Shown here: positions 27,583 through 41,210 of the stretch, in pieces | Position numbering within the stretch: the first letter of the stretch is position 1 | Layout of the letters: each line of letters begins with the position of its first letter | From: Tubiluchus corallicola | Lineage: Eukaryota > Animalia > Priapulida | Direction of reading: 5' to 3' | DNA: 64,000 nt | Assembly: GCA_030141605.1 (NCBI GenBank) | Contig: JAQGDQ010000084.1 | Coordinates: 248,001-312,000 of the forward strand | The notes under the pieces: model-generated | Database searches by the model: none | The model's input: the letters and a program-made list of their open reading frames with translations, nothing else | Told to the model about the DNA's origin: nothing | Made by a program: the position numbers and the translations under genes

Positions 27583-27947
27583 CATTATTGTAATTGATGG
27601 TATTTGTGGTGCCGACTAATATTATCAATGGTATTAATGACAAGCAAGTTTGAGAAACACCAACCCAAAGTTCTTTTCTATGAAGCCTACAATAATTGTG
27701 GATTGTCAGATTAATTGCAAGTCGATTAATTTTCTTCTGAAATTTTGGTACATGATATATTGCCCCAATCAGCGAGCCAACCAAATAGTTTATGACAGAT
27801 TATAAATGAACAGTGTAAAGAATATGGCGACGTTTACATTGATCCTGGCTCTACTAGTCATTTATTATAAGATTTGCCACAATATTAGTGTTCACGAGGC
27901 ACAACATTTGTTAATTAAAGATGGCTCAACTTGCAGCTTTTCCTTGC

Positions 27948-28540
27948 TAAAGGAAAATGTGATTAAATATTTTTCATACCATATTTTGAAATACTGTAAA
28001 GAGTATACGTTTTAAACGCCTATAATAATGCCAAAGTGATTCTGATAATTAAATAATAATTGCATTAGAAACTTGATTAATGACTGTTGAGCCCAGCTAG
28101 TGATGACATCACAAACTAACATAATTTTCAACAGCAAAATTATTCCACGAGCGTGTTGCACGTGTTTGTGAAAGCGAAAATTGGAGTACAGTGCTACTGT
28201 AAGATATTCAGTGTGATATACAAAAACACTGCAAACTTAAAAGTTTAAATTTCAAATTTACCGCTTTGCTCACCTATCAGCTCTCGAACATGTGCGCTAC
28301 GTCACAACTGAACAATTGTGAAATAAGAGGTACGGTACCTGTTTTTTGTGCAAAGGCAGGCAGAAATGCAGGCGACGTCTACCTAGCGAAGCGCATGTAA
28401 CAGCGAAGAACTAGCCGCGCGAACACGAAATTACCTTCTGTGTTAATAATTCTTTCACGTAAGTCATTCTTGAAAACATAGTATGTTTCCTTTCAATATT
28501 TTATGGGTTACATTGCTTTGAGCTACAGATTCGATACTGA
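27948..28540 (+). mobile_element. Family A MITE, diverged
   Basis: Homologous to 2576-3177 and 42161-42766. Confidence 0.7.
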
Positions 28541-29209
28541 TATTGATTTAAAATTTTAGATCAACTCAAACTTTAAAAGTTGCAAAATCTAACAGAAGAG
28601 TAGAAATGACAGCAGTGATGTTATTGACTGGACAGGTAAATTTTAATGAGTTGATGACTCGTTTTGGATTTACTAGAGATGAGCTTAGTGAATGAGCTAT
28701 GGAAGCCCAAAATCTAGAACTTTTGATACACCAATGTTCTCGAGTTGACGCAAACAGGCGAAATGTATTACTAAATAAACTGGGAAATGAGAAGTTAAAT
28801 CTTGTGTATTGGACCAAAAATGTAAATTTAATATCAGAACAAACTTACTTTTTATCTTAAAACCCTGCTGATAAATTTGAGTAAAATAGGGACTAAATTT
28901 ATTTAGTTAATGAGATTATTGATCGTAACTGTTTGTGGACTTAAATATTGAATTGGGAATTTAGTACATTAATTTATCTGCATTTTTATATTACTAGACA
29001 GGAAACTTGCTTCATTAATAACCTTGATTTTAGCACTCACTTTAATACTCCTTATTTAACATCACTGTAATTAATGTTATACGTACAAATTAAAAAAGCT
29101 AAATACAGAATGAGTAACATGTCATATTGTAGTATTCATTCTAGTATCTGTGTAAAATTGTATAATGTTTGTGCAGAAATTTTGGCCTGCAAAAATACTA
29201 ATAAATGCT

Positions 29210-29312
29210 TATCATCATTATCGTCGTCGTCATCATCATCACAATCACCACCACCATCATCATCATCATCATCATCGCCATCATCATCATCTTCTTCTTC
29301 TTCTTCTTCTTC

Positions 29313-29344
<32 letters not shown>

Positions 29345-29440
29345 TATCATCATCATCACCATCATCATCACCGTCACCATTGCCATCATCATCATCATCA
29401 CCATCATCACCATCATCATCATCATCATTTTCATCATAAT
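29210..29440. repeat. (CAT)n/(CTT)n microsatellite
   Basis: Read directly. Confidence 0.95.
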
Positions 29441-30229
29441 GAGCTACAGTTTCAGATTGGTTACGGTTTTAAAAGAAATGTAGCGAATTTTTACACCTGC
29501 AATAACTGGACCCTCCTGTCCCTACCTACCTGATACATTTATCATTTATAGGCTTACAAAAGAGAAAGAAATGTAAGAAAACATTTCTTACATAAGAAAA
29601 TGAAAGACCGTGAAGCTCTGCCCCACAAAATAGTTTGCCAATTCCGAGCGTTTGATTAGGAGAAGAATGGGAATTAAATAATAATATCATCCATCAGTTT
29701 GGCTTATTAACAATTTATGTACTCTTTCAACGACAGAAAATTCAATTACACGAGCAAAAGAAACATGATTCTGTTAGCACTAATACGGCATGAGAATGTC
29801 ATTATCACGTACTGATCTATATGAACACGGGAAAGAGCAACTCTGATGGTGCTATTTGCAGATATGAAGGTGATGACGATTAATCTTTTGTTTTAAAATA
29901 CATAGTTACGTAATAAAGTTAAAGTGATTTTAACTTAATTATGAGTACGCGCGCACGCACACACACACACACACACAGTAAAATAAACCCAACAAACAGA
30001 ATGAGTTGTTCTTTCCTTTAATAGTGTTGCCATGCAAATGTCATACGTAAGTCTACATCTAATAACATTACACTATGTGGAATTTATTATAGCATATCCT
30101 GCAAACGACAGCAAACAACTTAACGACGTCTAAGTCAGGGTCAAGAGCTGAGCTAGATTATTAGCTGTGTTGTGATCTCTATTAAGCGCCTATATGGCTT
30201 CACATAGTTTCAGAAATCAGTGAATACGA

Positions 30230-30646
30230 TTAAAGGAAAAAACAACCCATTCAGTATGTTGGGTTTATTTTACTGTTATCACTTAAACTTCTATAACAAC
30301 GAAATTAGCAAAGAACTGCCTATAAAGCATAAATTTAAAATATACTACCTCTGAATAGAAATTTTCAAGCGTGGATGTTACAAAATCAGCTATTTAATTT
30401 TTTTGTAAATATGTTTGACGAAGATTGACAGTGCCCTGCTTTTCTTCAAGACAAATGACGTAATTGGAAGAAGATGGGTATTGAAATCGGGAGCGTCCAA
30501 GCATGAAGTGATCGCGACTTTACTAATTACGTGATTTTACTAATTACACGAGGCGCTTATTGCAGTTTTATTACTAAATCTTTCTAACACTTTACACGAA
30601 TATTGAAATAAGCTTTGCTTTCCAGAAGGCTTGACTTTTCCTTTAA
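30230..30646 (-). mobile_element. Family B MITE, internally deleted
   Basis: TTAAAGGAAAAAAC...GACTTTTCCTTTAA. Confidence 0.8.
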
Positions 30647-31313
30647 CACAAGTATGCAGTTTTCTGGCAACAGTGGCGGATAGTTGCTGTAAAAATGTCG
30701 TACTTTAATCATCTACATTTCGTAGAACACGCCTTCACATTGGATCTAATTGCAAAATATACATATTCACTCGCTGACATATATACTTTTCTTAGTTAGG
30801 AAAATGTCACAAATTTTTTTAAGCCGGTGTAAGTAGCCATTACTTATGAACGAACTACGTTTTTTGCTTGACGGTGCAAAATTATTCCATAGGTTCGACA
30901 ATGCAAATATGAATAGACTTCAACATTTCTGGTAAATGTTTTTGGGAGCATTGTCAAAATCCACAAAGCGTGGCATGAAGCCATGTCATCCCAAAATTCC
31001 TGAAATTTCATTGTTTTATCGATTTTCTCTCCCCATACTCTGCGTGTGTTTGAGACAGGCTCATTTCTTCAGCTGGTCGTTATCTATATACTTAGGTTTC
31101 AGCAGCATGTTACTGATGCGGCACATAACCTTCCGAATACTTTTAAAATCGACCAAGCGTGGCACCAAACCTATCTACTGCAGAACAATTTTCTCTAGAG
31201 CGCTACGCAAAGATTAGCCTGCAAATCTCTTACGTGCTAATGTCTGGCTTTCCTATTCATTTAAAACAGATCTACTGTACTGCTGACTCATTAAGTGTAA
31301 CGGCTTCTATAAT

Positions 31314-31917
31314 TTAAAGCAAAACCGGACCCAATCTTGAACTGTAGGTCAAATTAATCTACTCTTTAAAATATTGAAAGAAAACATGCTATTTTTTCAA
31401 CAATGACTTACGTGAAAGAATTATTACCACACAAACACAATTTCACGTTCGTGCCACTAGTTCTTCTTTGTTACATGCATTTCGCTATTCCCTAGTTAGA
31501 CGGACACTAGCGCCTGCATTTCGGATGGTGTTGCACTACCCCTCAATTCAGGTGTATTAGTTTATGACGAACTGCACACGTTCGATAGCTCATGCGTGAG
31601 CACAGTGGTAAACTTGAAATTTGAATTTTTATTTTAAAACTTGCCTAGTTTTAGTACAATAAACTGAATATCTTACAGTAGCACTGTACTTGAATTTTTA
31701 CTTCCGCAGATGCGTGCAACACGCTCGTGGAATGTTTTTGTTTTTGAAAATTATGTTAGTTTGTGATGTCATCAATAGTTAGGTGATTAATTAAGTTTTT
31801 AATCCATTATTTAATTATCAGAAACGCTTTTGCACTATTAATTGTGTTAAAATGAATATTTTTTATCTTCGCTTGAAAATGGCGTAGTAAGTGAAAAATC
31901 ATCCTGTCTTCGTTTAA
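31314..31917 (-). mobile_element. Family A MITE in the first coding intron of the GPCR
   Basis: TTAAAGCAAAACCGGACCC...CCTGTCTTCGTTTAA. Confidence 0.85.
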
Positions 31918-31935
31918 AGGAAAGGCGGTACATAC

Positions 31936-32308
31936 CTTGCAAATAAGCGAGTATGGTGCACACTGCTGCTCCAAATATGAAAGTCCTCAATATGCTTCCC
32001 ACCAACGTGAAGGGCATGCAGAAGACACCCAACAGCAAGTCGCTGACGGCCAAGTTCAAAAGGAAAACGTTGGTGACGGTCCTCATGCGTTTATTCTGTA
32101 TCAGCGTCACAATAACGAGAACGTTTCCCACGAAAGAGAGCACAAATATGACGGCGTAGAGAGCAATTCTCAACTCGACGCTCATCTCCGGAGGAGTGGG
32201 CGCAACTTCCGGAAGTTCCCCTCTAGAAACGTTCGACGTTTGATTTAAACTTTCGTCCACGCTTCTGTTTATCGTATGAAAACTTTGTTCGGTGGGTAAA
32301 ACTGACAT
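31936..32308 (-). CDS. CCK/sulfakinin receptor-like GPCR, coding exon 1 (N-terminus, TM1, TM2, start of TM3)
   Basis: LYAVIFVLSFVGNVLVIVTLIQNKRMRTVTNVFLLNLAVSDLLLGVFCMPFTLVG is typical of CCK receptors. N-terminal sequons NRS, NQT and NVS. Donor G|GTATGT. Start ATG at 32308 (GCCATG context); alternative ATG at 32329. Confidence 0.93.
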
Positions 32309-32701
32309 GGCGACAGTGAATAATTTCATTAAATTTTCTAATAAGTGACTCCACTCATCACTCCATTGCTTCTGAATCACTTCAGTTCATAGACAAGCTT
32401 TAATGTAAAACGCTAAGTAACTTTGTCCATTCAGCTAAGTGCACGATTTCATTTTTATGTGAAAACTTTGTTTTCGTTGAGTTTTGTTCTGACGTGGACC
32501 AAACTCAGCTGCTCTTCTGCTCACAGAATTCCTCTTCGCTGAAGCCAAGTTACAGGTAATATTATGCGCGATGCTCCTGACACGCGAGTCACACACGATT
32601 GAAGCCGCCCTGTTTAGTAACTAATTCACCATCCAACTATAGGAAAACGATTGCCTTCCAAATTTCAAATCTAGAATATAAACCATATTCTGTTTAGTAC
32701 T

Positions 32702-33105
32702 AATTGTAACAACTGTAACAATTTGTAACAACTCTAAGAATTTGTAACAATTGTACCAACTGAAACAACTTAACAATTTGTAACAAGTCTAAGAATTTGT
32801 AACAATTGTACCAACTGAAGCAACTTTAACAATTTGTAACAATTGTAACAATTTTAACAATTTGTAGCAAGTATAACAATTGTAACAATTTGTAGCAGTT
32901 GTAACAATTTGTAACAATTGTACAATTTGTAACAATTATAGCAACGCTAAGAATTTGTAACAACTGTACCAACTGAAACAACTGTAATAATATGTAACAA
33001 TTTTAACCACTATAAGAATTTGTAACGATTGTAGCAACTGAAACAACTGTAACTGTTTGCAAGAATTGTAACAATTGTAAAAATTTGTAAGAATTGTAAC
33101 AACTA
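32702..33105. repeat. Low-complexity degenerate (TTGTAACAA[T])n repeat
   Basis: Read directly. Confidence 0.85.
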
Positions 33106-35344
33106 TCACAGCCAGTAAACACCACAGGGTGCGCCACACTATACAAAAATTCTGTGTTTGTATTAATAAAGCTGTAAGATGATTACTGCTTCAGCTGCTT
33201 CTACTGCTTCCGTTGCCGCTGTCGCCGTCGTCACCGTCGCCGCTACTGCTACCACCACTGCAAACCGTTCTTGCCCTAGCTTCGTTTGCGTACTTATTTA
33301 CCTAGAACTTTAGATAAGATTTTTTCAAGTTTTTTTCTTTACGGAAGCCATTTTATTTTAGTAGCCAAGCCATTGCCCATGTCGCAGCACTGATTTTATC
33401 GATTATGACGTTTTTCTGAGGAAATAAGCCCCGTAATGCTCCAAGACGAGCTATGTAGAAAGCTAAAGTGGAATTACAGATAATTTTAACCGCAGGATTG
33501 TTGCAATGGGAGAGAGCAGTTCTTTGAAACGGACATCGCGTGATGAGAACGAATGTTCTCGGTTATTAACGTACTCTCAGAAGGAAGACAATTACTCGCT
33601 GGCAAGATTGCTGCTAGACTTGACCACGGCATCTGAGCCACTCTCTCCCTAGGGAGCGACTGATAGATGGATGAGTTCTCGCGCGGAGGTAAATTACCGT
33701 CCAACGCGCGTAAGAGACGGTCTTAAACAACGCTTAATAAAATCACAGTGAACAGGCAACTCCCTGGAGTATAATCTATTTTCAATATACATATGTTTAT
33801 TATAGCCATAAGTCTTTATTTCTGTCAGCTAGAAGCTTTTAGTATTAGGCGGCAGCTATTATGGTAATTTGTTCAGTCGTCCTTTCCTTTAAAATGAAGT
33901 CCAACACATAATTATTTTTACATTTCATCTGGTGCAAAGCATAAATTCATTCAACACCGTTTTTGGAAAGTTTCAATTATGAGCAAGTTGTCATAGACGG
34001 CGGAGGACCTGCATCTTAATGCTGCATTTTTTGCATTTTTCCATGCTGCGTTTCCGCAGTATTCAAAAACATTAATAGTTTTTGAATACAAGACGTCTCG
34101 ACGCACTATGGTCAGCACGTACGCTGTAGTTTAGCATTCACTGATCGACTAACTGACTGACTCACTAACTGACTCACTTTTACTCAGTTACATTACAGTT
34201 GAACTAAAGTCTAGGAGAAAGTTTCCGCTAATAGTTTTTGTATATAGTTTTATAGCTTCGTATTCACTGTTGAACTCACTGACTGACTAACTGACTGACT
34301 AATTTCGCTCAATTATTACTGTTGAACTAAAGACCAGGACAAACTTTTACAATCTCTTTTAGGCGGAAAACAATTAGCGCTGAGTGTCACACTAATTTCT
34401 TCTTACGGGAATAAGTCGGTTTGTTAGAAAAGCTTTTCCAAAAATGGAAGTTTTTGCTTAAGAATTTGTTGCAGAGCGTTTTGCGACACGATAAAAATGT
34501 CACGATAATATTCTTTTCCGGATCGTTGTTTCCAGGAAATATTTTTTGCAAATGAATCGTCATTTCTTTGAAAATTTGCTTTTTATAAAATGCACAAGTT
34601 TTTAAAAAACTAAGAACAAAAATTAAAGGGGTAGAACGCTTACGCTTACCATTTTGAGAAAGAAGGTTCTTATTAGTCTAAAATGTTCACGATAACAGCA
34701 AGAACGTCACTGTTTCAATATCTCAATGTACACCAAAATACATCATTGGTTCACCAAAAACATATAACGTATTTTCGTATTGACCATATAAAGTAATGTA
34801 TACTTTTTGCTTAGTTAGTGAAACGTGTTTTAGGAATGCTTTGATTATTTTTTCAATTTTTACACAATGTTATCTAAACTTTTTCAAATAACGACTTACC
34901 GTTAAAATGGCTGAGCCTAATGACAATTGCGGGAGTCTAAATTTTCATGTTTTATGCAATGTTACTGCTAATGCAAGCTCTGTGTGCAATAAGGCAGTAT
35001 GTAGATTATACAAAATTTCAATACGAATTTTTAGCTTTATGTAAGTAATTGGTTGTCTTGTCCTTTAACCTATATACGCTCTCTACACGTCTTTCAAAGA
35101 TAAAAACAGGTAAAAGCAGCGTTTATTTTGGCCCTCCATTCAGTTGCTATCAGGCACATCGCATTTTTGATGCCAAGCACCACTACCCTGACCACTAACT
35201 TCCTCCCTTCGTCTTCATAACAAAATTATTTTTAATCACCCCAGAAACGCCCTTTTTCAGTTCCAATTTTCAATTTAGACAATTAATTGAATGTTAATTT
35301 TATTGTTAAATACGTTTATTTCCACAAAAAAATTCTGTAATCCC

Positions 35345-35465
35345 ACAACAGACGGTAACGCGTTTGTTTTCCGTCTGGGGGTCATGAGTTCGCGGCCAGG
35401 TCACGCCAAAGAATTTGAAAATAGTACATGCTGTTGCCCTACCTGGCGCGTGGGTATTTAGGATG
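35345..35465 (+). mobile_element. tRNA-derived SINE fragment
   Basis: GAGTTCG followed by GCCAAAGAATTTGAAAATAGTACATGCTG. Confidence 0.55.
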
Positions 35466-35723
35466 ATGGCCCGTTTATACATAAAGCGGGAAACCGCGCG
35501 GTTTCCCGCGCTGATTGCTCACTAAGCGATTTTTCTTATAAAAGCCGCGCGACTTGCCTAGTTTTTGCAAGCAAGCAATCAGAAGTGAGCTTTGTTAATA
35601 CGTCATCAGCAAAAGCTCTGCTTCAGCAGAAACAAAGTGATTTTTACACGTGCTGATGAGATGCACAATTGTTGATAAAACTGAAATGGAATATTATAAA
35701 TGGAGGAGAATCCAATACTATAT

Positions 35724-36153
35724 TGTACTACAGGACTGTGGTGAAATGAAATGTAATGCTAGCAGGGGAATACAGTAGACTTCTCAGGTGTGCATGTGAA
35801 CGTAGCTTTATCTAGCACAGACTCGTATTCTGACCTTGTGTTAGCAAAAGCCGCTAGTCACGTGCACACCTGAGCTTATAAAAAGGGAAGGTCTGCTGTA
35901 GACCCTTGTCAGTGGTCGTGTCTTTCATTGCAGCTCTGTTCACATTTCACAGGCTTGCCGCTAACTCCGTTCTTCTAGGTAAGCTGTTTGTTCCTTATTG
36001 GGGGTGTAATATGTAGTAATAAAATTGTCATTTCGCGTCTATTGTTCGGGTTTTGTTTTGGTTAAGGCGTTGAACGACTTAATTGAGACATGCCGCAAGG
36101 TGTGGGCCGCGGTGCCATCCGTCCTGCCTCCGTTAAAAGCGGACAGCAGTCCA
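35724..36153 (+). mobile_element. Solo LTR, ~430 bp
   Basis: TG...CA ends (TGTACT...AGTCCA) with ATAT on both sides. Internal TATAAAAAGGG and AATAAA. Near-identical copy at 51852-52279. Confidence 0.8.
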
Positions 36154-36253
36154 ATATGATAAAAGCTTAACTGAGTACAAAGACAGTACAAGAAACATCT
36201 TTTACAAAACAATTTTATCTGTTTATCTGTGATTCTTTCTCTGTCTTTCTCTT

Positions 36254-36256
<3 letters not shown>

Positions 36257-36330
<74 letters not shown>
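36257..36330. repeat. (CT)n microsatellite
   Basis: Read directly. Confidence 0.95.
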
Positions 36331-36334
<4 letters not shown>

Positions 36335-37757
36335 TTTCTTTCACGTTTCGCATTTTTATAACACTAAAATGTCACGAAAAATGTACGAAGATTTTATATC
36401 ACACTCATTCTGAAACGCACCCACTCGCTTCATTCATGTAACAAAACGCCTTGAATCTTGAAAATGCGTTTCGAAGATATCTGCCATTGTTAGCCCACGG
36501 CAACAAGCTTTCTCTCTTTAGCTACAACCACATTCAAAGCTTTTTCCAGTCACTGTAGTCTTCAATATTATTTCTGGGCGCTTTTCAACAAAAATCTCAC
36601 AATTATTCGTCAAGAATTAAACATATTTTCACTTCCTGGTGCATAGTCACTCCAATAATGATTGCTTATAAGCTTGAAAACAGTTTTAATAACAAATTCA
36701 GCGAACAGATCTTTTGGACCCCCAAGAAAGAGGCGCCGCGAGATCTCCGCTAATGAAAACGATGCCACGCACCACTTTAGATTGCTTGCAAAAGGGCGCG
36801 TCTACATCGTGAAGCCCCGTGCACTCCCCGTAACTGAAATTCTCCAAGACTGCGTACGCCACGGGCAAAACGGTTTAATTTGTGGAGAAATTTATCGTTT
36901 CCTCGTCAGGGCTAATGATGGAGGCAGAGTTATTTGAACGCCACGACCTTAATTAACTCTTATTTTGACTGGATCAAAAAACTTTTTGTACGTGGGCGTT
37001 AAGCTGCTGTTATATACTGAGCGCACACTTATATATTATCTTACGTTGTCACAACGTTGTTCTTCCAAGTCAACAGTCTGTCAAGAGTTTGATCAAATAT
37101 TATATTAATTATAAACAAAGTACTAACACTATTGTTTTCTTATTTTATGTTTTCTTTTGACTTCTTTCTTTCTGTTTTCTTTCTACTAACCGCAACATAC
37201 ATCTTCTCTTCATCTTCATTCTTCGTTTTTTATTTCACGGCGGCTTAACAAGGTCCATTTACAGCTACCACCATGCAGCAAATTTCAACACTTTAATATA
37301 CATGTTTAAGGAGTCAGAAATTATTTTTATTTTTTTTCAATTATAGAAAAAAGTTGTTCATGCAGTTTGTTTGTCTGCTGGTGAAATAAAGTGAATTTAA
37401 ATTTGAAGCGTTTGCGCAACCGTACGAACATTTTGTTGTGAGAGTGCTTTCAATTTTAATAATTTATTTACTTACTGTTCAAAATCTTACACAAACTCAA
37501 CGTTAAAGAAAATGGGTTTATCATAATCTTATTATCAGCATTACGATAAACCGTCTGAAATTTCCAAACACCGACAAACAATTGGATTCGCTCCTCCCTG
37601 TCCCCTTTAATCAAAATCTTTCCCGAAATGGATTTCGTCTGAGACTGGCTACGAAATACGTGCCGCCTGGATGAATCCTGTTTTTAGTTAATGGATTTTA
37701 TACGTTGGCAAATCGGCACAACCAGAAAATCCGAAAAAATCTGCTACAGAAACGTAA

Positions 37758-38500
37758 ATTGAAAGTGCCTCTGCGGGGATATGGGGTTGTCAAGCAAGCA
37801 GGGGCGGCTCCAAGTTGAATGTGCCTCTGCGGGGATATGGGGTTGTCAAAGCAAGCAGGGGCGGCTCCAAGTTGAATGTGCCTCTGCGGGGATATGGGGT
37901 TGTCAAAGCAAGCAGGGGCGGCTCCAAGTTGAATGTGCCTCTGCGGGGGATATGGGGTTGTCAAGCAAGCAGGGGCGGCTCCAGGTTAAAGGTGCTTCTG
38001 CGGGGGATATGGGGTTGTCAAGCAAGCAGGGGCGGCTCCAGGTTGAAGGTGCTTCTGCGGGGGATATGGGGTTGTCAAGCAAGCAGGGGCGGCTCCAAGT
38101 TGAATGTGCCTCTGCGGGGATATGGGGTTGTCAAAGCAAGCAGGGGCGGCTCCAGGTTGAAGGTGCTTCTGCGGGGGATATGGGGTTGTCAAGCAAGCAG
38201 GGGCGGCTCCAGGTTGAAGGTGCTTCTGCGGGGGATATGTAGTTGTCAAAGCAAGCAGGGGCGGCTCCAGGTTAAAGGTGCCTCTGCGGGGATATGGGGT
38301 TGTCAAAGCAAGCAGGGGCGGCTCCAGGTTGAAGGTGCTTCTGCGGGGGATATGGGGTTGTCAAGCAAGCAGGGGCGGCTCCAGGTTGAAGGTGCCTCTG
38401 CGCGGGATATGGGGTTGTCAAGCAAGCAGGGGCGGCTCCAGGTTGAAGGTGCCTCTCTGCGGGATATAGGGTTGTCAAGCAAGCAGGGGCGGCTCCAGGT
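37758..38500 (+). repeat. GC-rich 56-58 bp minisatellite, about 13 copies
   Basis: Unit ATGGGGTTGTCAAGCAAGCAGGGGCGGCTCCAGGTTGAAGGTGCCTCTGCGGGGAT. Confidence 0.95.
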
Positions 38501-38994
38501 ACGCTGACGCCTTAGGCAGCAGTATTTTTAGCCGCCTCAACAGACAATCCCTCCCCCCCAAGGTTCCCATCACACCTACAAAATAGAATGTTTCTTGTAT
38601 AATATCGAAAAGAAACAAATTTTTTTTTTCAAAAATGGCTTACGTGAAAGAATTATTACCACACAAACACAAACACACATTCGCGCCACTAGTTCTTCAC
38701 TGTTACATGCATTTCACCATTCGCTAGTTAGACAGACACTAGCGCCTGCATTTCGGAAATGCATTGCACAAAAAACAGGTGCTGTTCCTCTAAGAAGTAT
38801 TAGTTTGTGACGAATCACAATCGTGTCTTGTTTAACTCCCACTGAACATGAAACAGATTTCCTGTTCCTAGGTTTCACTGTTTCCCCCACGGTTTCCGCT
38901 TCGTCTCATGGCACATTTGCTGAACATGAAACACACCACAGGCAGTTACTGGACCCAGATTCTATATAAGTGCCACATAACGAACAGGTGCAAG

Positions 38995-39475
38995 GTAGTT
39001 AACGGCCGGTGAGCCCAACTATTGACATCACAAACTAACAGAATTTTCAACAGCAAAAATATTCCACGAGCGCGTTGCACGTGTTTGTGAATGAGAAAAT
39101 TGAAGTACAGGGCTACTATAAGATATTTAGTGTGTTGTACTAAAACTAGGCAAGTTTTAAGATGAAAATTCAAATTTAGCATGAGCTGTCGAACGCGCAT
39201 GGTTCGTCAGAAACTAACACATCTAAACTGAAAGCTATAGCACCTGTTTTTTGTGCAATGTGTTTGGAAATTCAGGCGCTAGTACCCGTCTAACTAGCGA
39301 ATGGCGAAATACCAGTAACAGCGAAGAACTAGTGGCACGAATGCGAAATTGTGTTCGTATGGTAATAATTCTTTCACGTAAGTCATTTTTGAAAAAAATA
39401 GTATGTTTCCTTTCAATATTTTTTTAGAGCAGGTTGTTTTGACCTACAGTTTAAGATTGGGTCCGGGTTTGCATT
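38995..39475 (+). mobile_element. Family A MITE, 5'-truncated
   Basis: Homologous to 2700-3177. Confidence 0.75.
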
Positions 39476-39732
39476 GACGATAGAGCTGGCCTTGCAAGCA
39501 ACATGTTTTGGCACTGATCAAACTTAACAGGTTTTTCTTCTGAGCGAAAACTGAAATGAATCCGTCATCTCTCGCTGTCATGTCTTGTTTAACTCCCACT
39601 GAACATGAAACAGATTTCCTGTTCCCAGTGGGCTTCCGGTTTCACTGTTTCTAGCATGGCTTCCGTTTCTCGTCTCGTGTCACATTTGGTTAAATAAGTT
39701 GATTTCACTGTTTTCAAATAAAAATGTGAATT

Positions 39733-40170
39733 TTAAAGGAAAGAACGAGTCACTCAGTATGTCGGGTTTATTTTACTGTTATCACTTAAACTTAGAAAAA
39801 TGTAACAAAGAACTTTGCAAAGAACTGCCTATAAAGCATAAATTTAAAATATACTACCTCTTAACAGAAATTTTCAGGCTTGGCGGTTGCCGCCATTCAC
39901 TTGATAATTATGACGTAACTGGAAGTCTTCGTGAATTTTCGTAAGCGAATCGTGAGTTCCCGTAAGCGCGCGCTGTTTAAACTAATTCAAACTTCTGTAG
40001 CTTACCTCTGCAGCAAGAATGGACATTGAAAATGGGAGCGTCCAAGCATGAAGTGATCGCGACTTTAAATTGATTTTACTCATTACACGAGGCGCTTATT
40101 GCAGTTTTATTACTAAATCCTTCTAACAGAAATAAGCTTAACTTTCCAGAAGACTTGACCTTTTCTTTAC
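39733..40170 (-). mobile_element. Family B MITE
   Basis: Starts TTAAAGGAAAGAAC. Reverse homolog of 23585-24142. Confidence 0.75.
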
Positions 40171-41210
40171 GCTAAAGCATACGCAGAAAATAAACAATTC
40201 TGTAGTTCTATGACACAGGTGTTGTATACTAGCGTCCTTGACGACAATATGTGACCTTGATGACAATGATGAAAGTGACTGCAGAATGACGTAAAAACGC
40301 TAATGAACTTTTTTATTAAATAACAAGAAAAGACTTTTCATGGATTATTTCCGTCTTGAAATTTTGTATCGCTTACATGCTGTCTTATTGCATGCAGAGA
40401 TTGCGTTAGCAGTAACGCTGTATAGAACTTGTAAACTTAAAGCTTCCGTTAGGTGCAGGCATTCTAAAACACGGGGTAAAATAATCCGAGCATGCGCAGA
40501 ACACTCTTCAGTAACTAAGCACAAGCATAAATTACTTTATATTGTCAATAAGGTCAATAATGAATCAGTGGTGCACGCTGGGAAGGTGAGTCAGTGACGT
40601 GCTACCAGGCGGCGCGAATATTTTAAATTTTTCGGATTTTTCTTTTACGGCTATCTTTCAAAACTAACCAATAACAGTAGACAGTAGTAACATAACTATA
40701 TGAGAGGCCCGGATGAAATGTAAAATTTCATTGATAAAATGGAATGGCGCAAAATAAATTTTTGCAGTATCAAATCCTGCTGCTTCTACGAATCGTGTTT
40801 AATTAATAGTTCAGAAAATCTCTATCTACAGAATAGTCAGTGATTAAAGTTTTGGCACAAATATGACACGTTACTGCATTGTAGGATTAGCGATGCTCTT
40901 TAACACGTAACGATGAGTAAATCAGGCCTGCTTTTTCGGGTCGCCTCGTATCTCAAATGGTGGAGTTGCTACAAATTCAAATCCAGTTGAAATTCCCTTA
41001 GTGACAAACAACAACCCACAGTCTCTTTCTTCAACTAGCTGTACATCAGTAATTAATCTGCTCAGCTAAGATTTCTAAAGTTTATCGAATGCCGTAATTA
41101 ATGAGAACAGTGAAGAAGAAGCTTCGTTAAAATCGCACTATTAGCAAAATCAAATTATCCACAAACTATGAAATTATTGAACGTTTCCGTTTATTCAGCA
41201 AGAAACAGGC

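Noticed and set aside
32330-32380. GTG start of the 177-aa ORF, and its tail at 31847-31935
   Set aside because: For a eukaryotic gene the ATG at 32308 or 32329 is more plausible. The tail is intron and MITE sequence past the donor.
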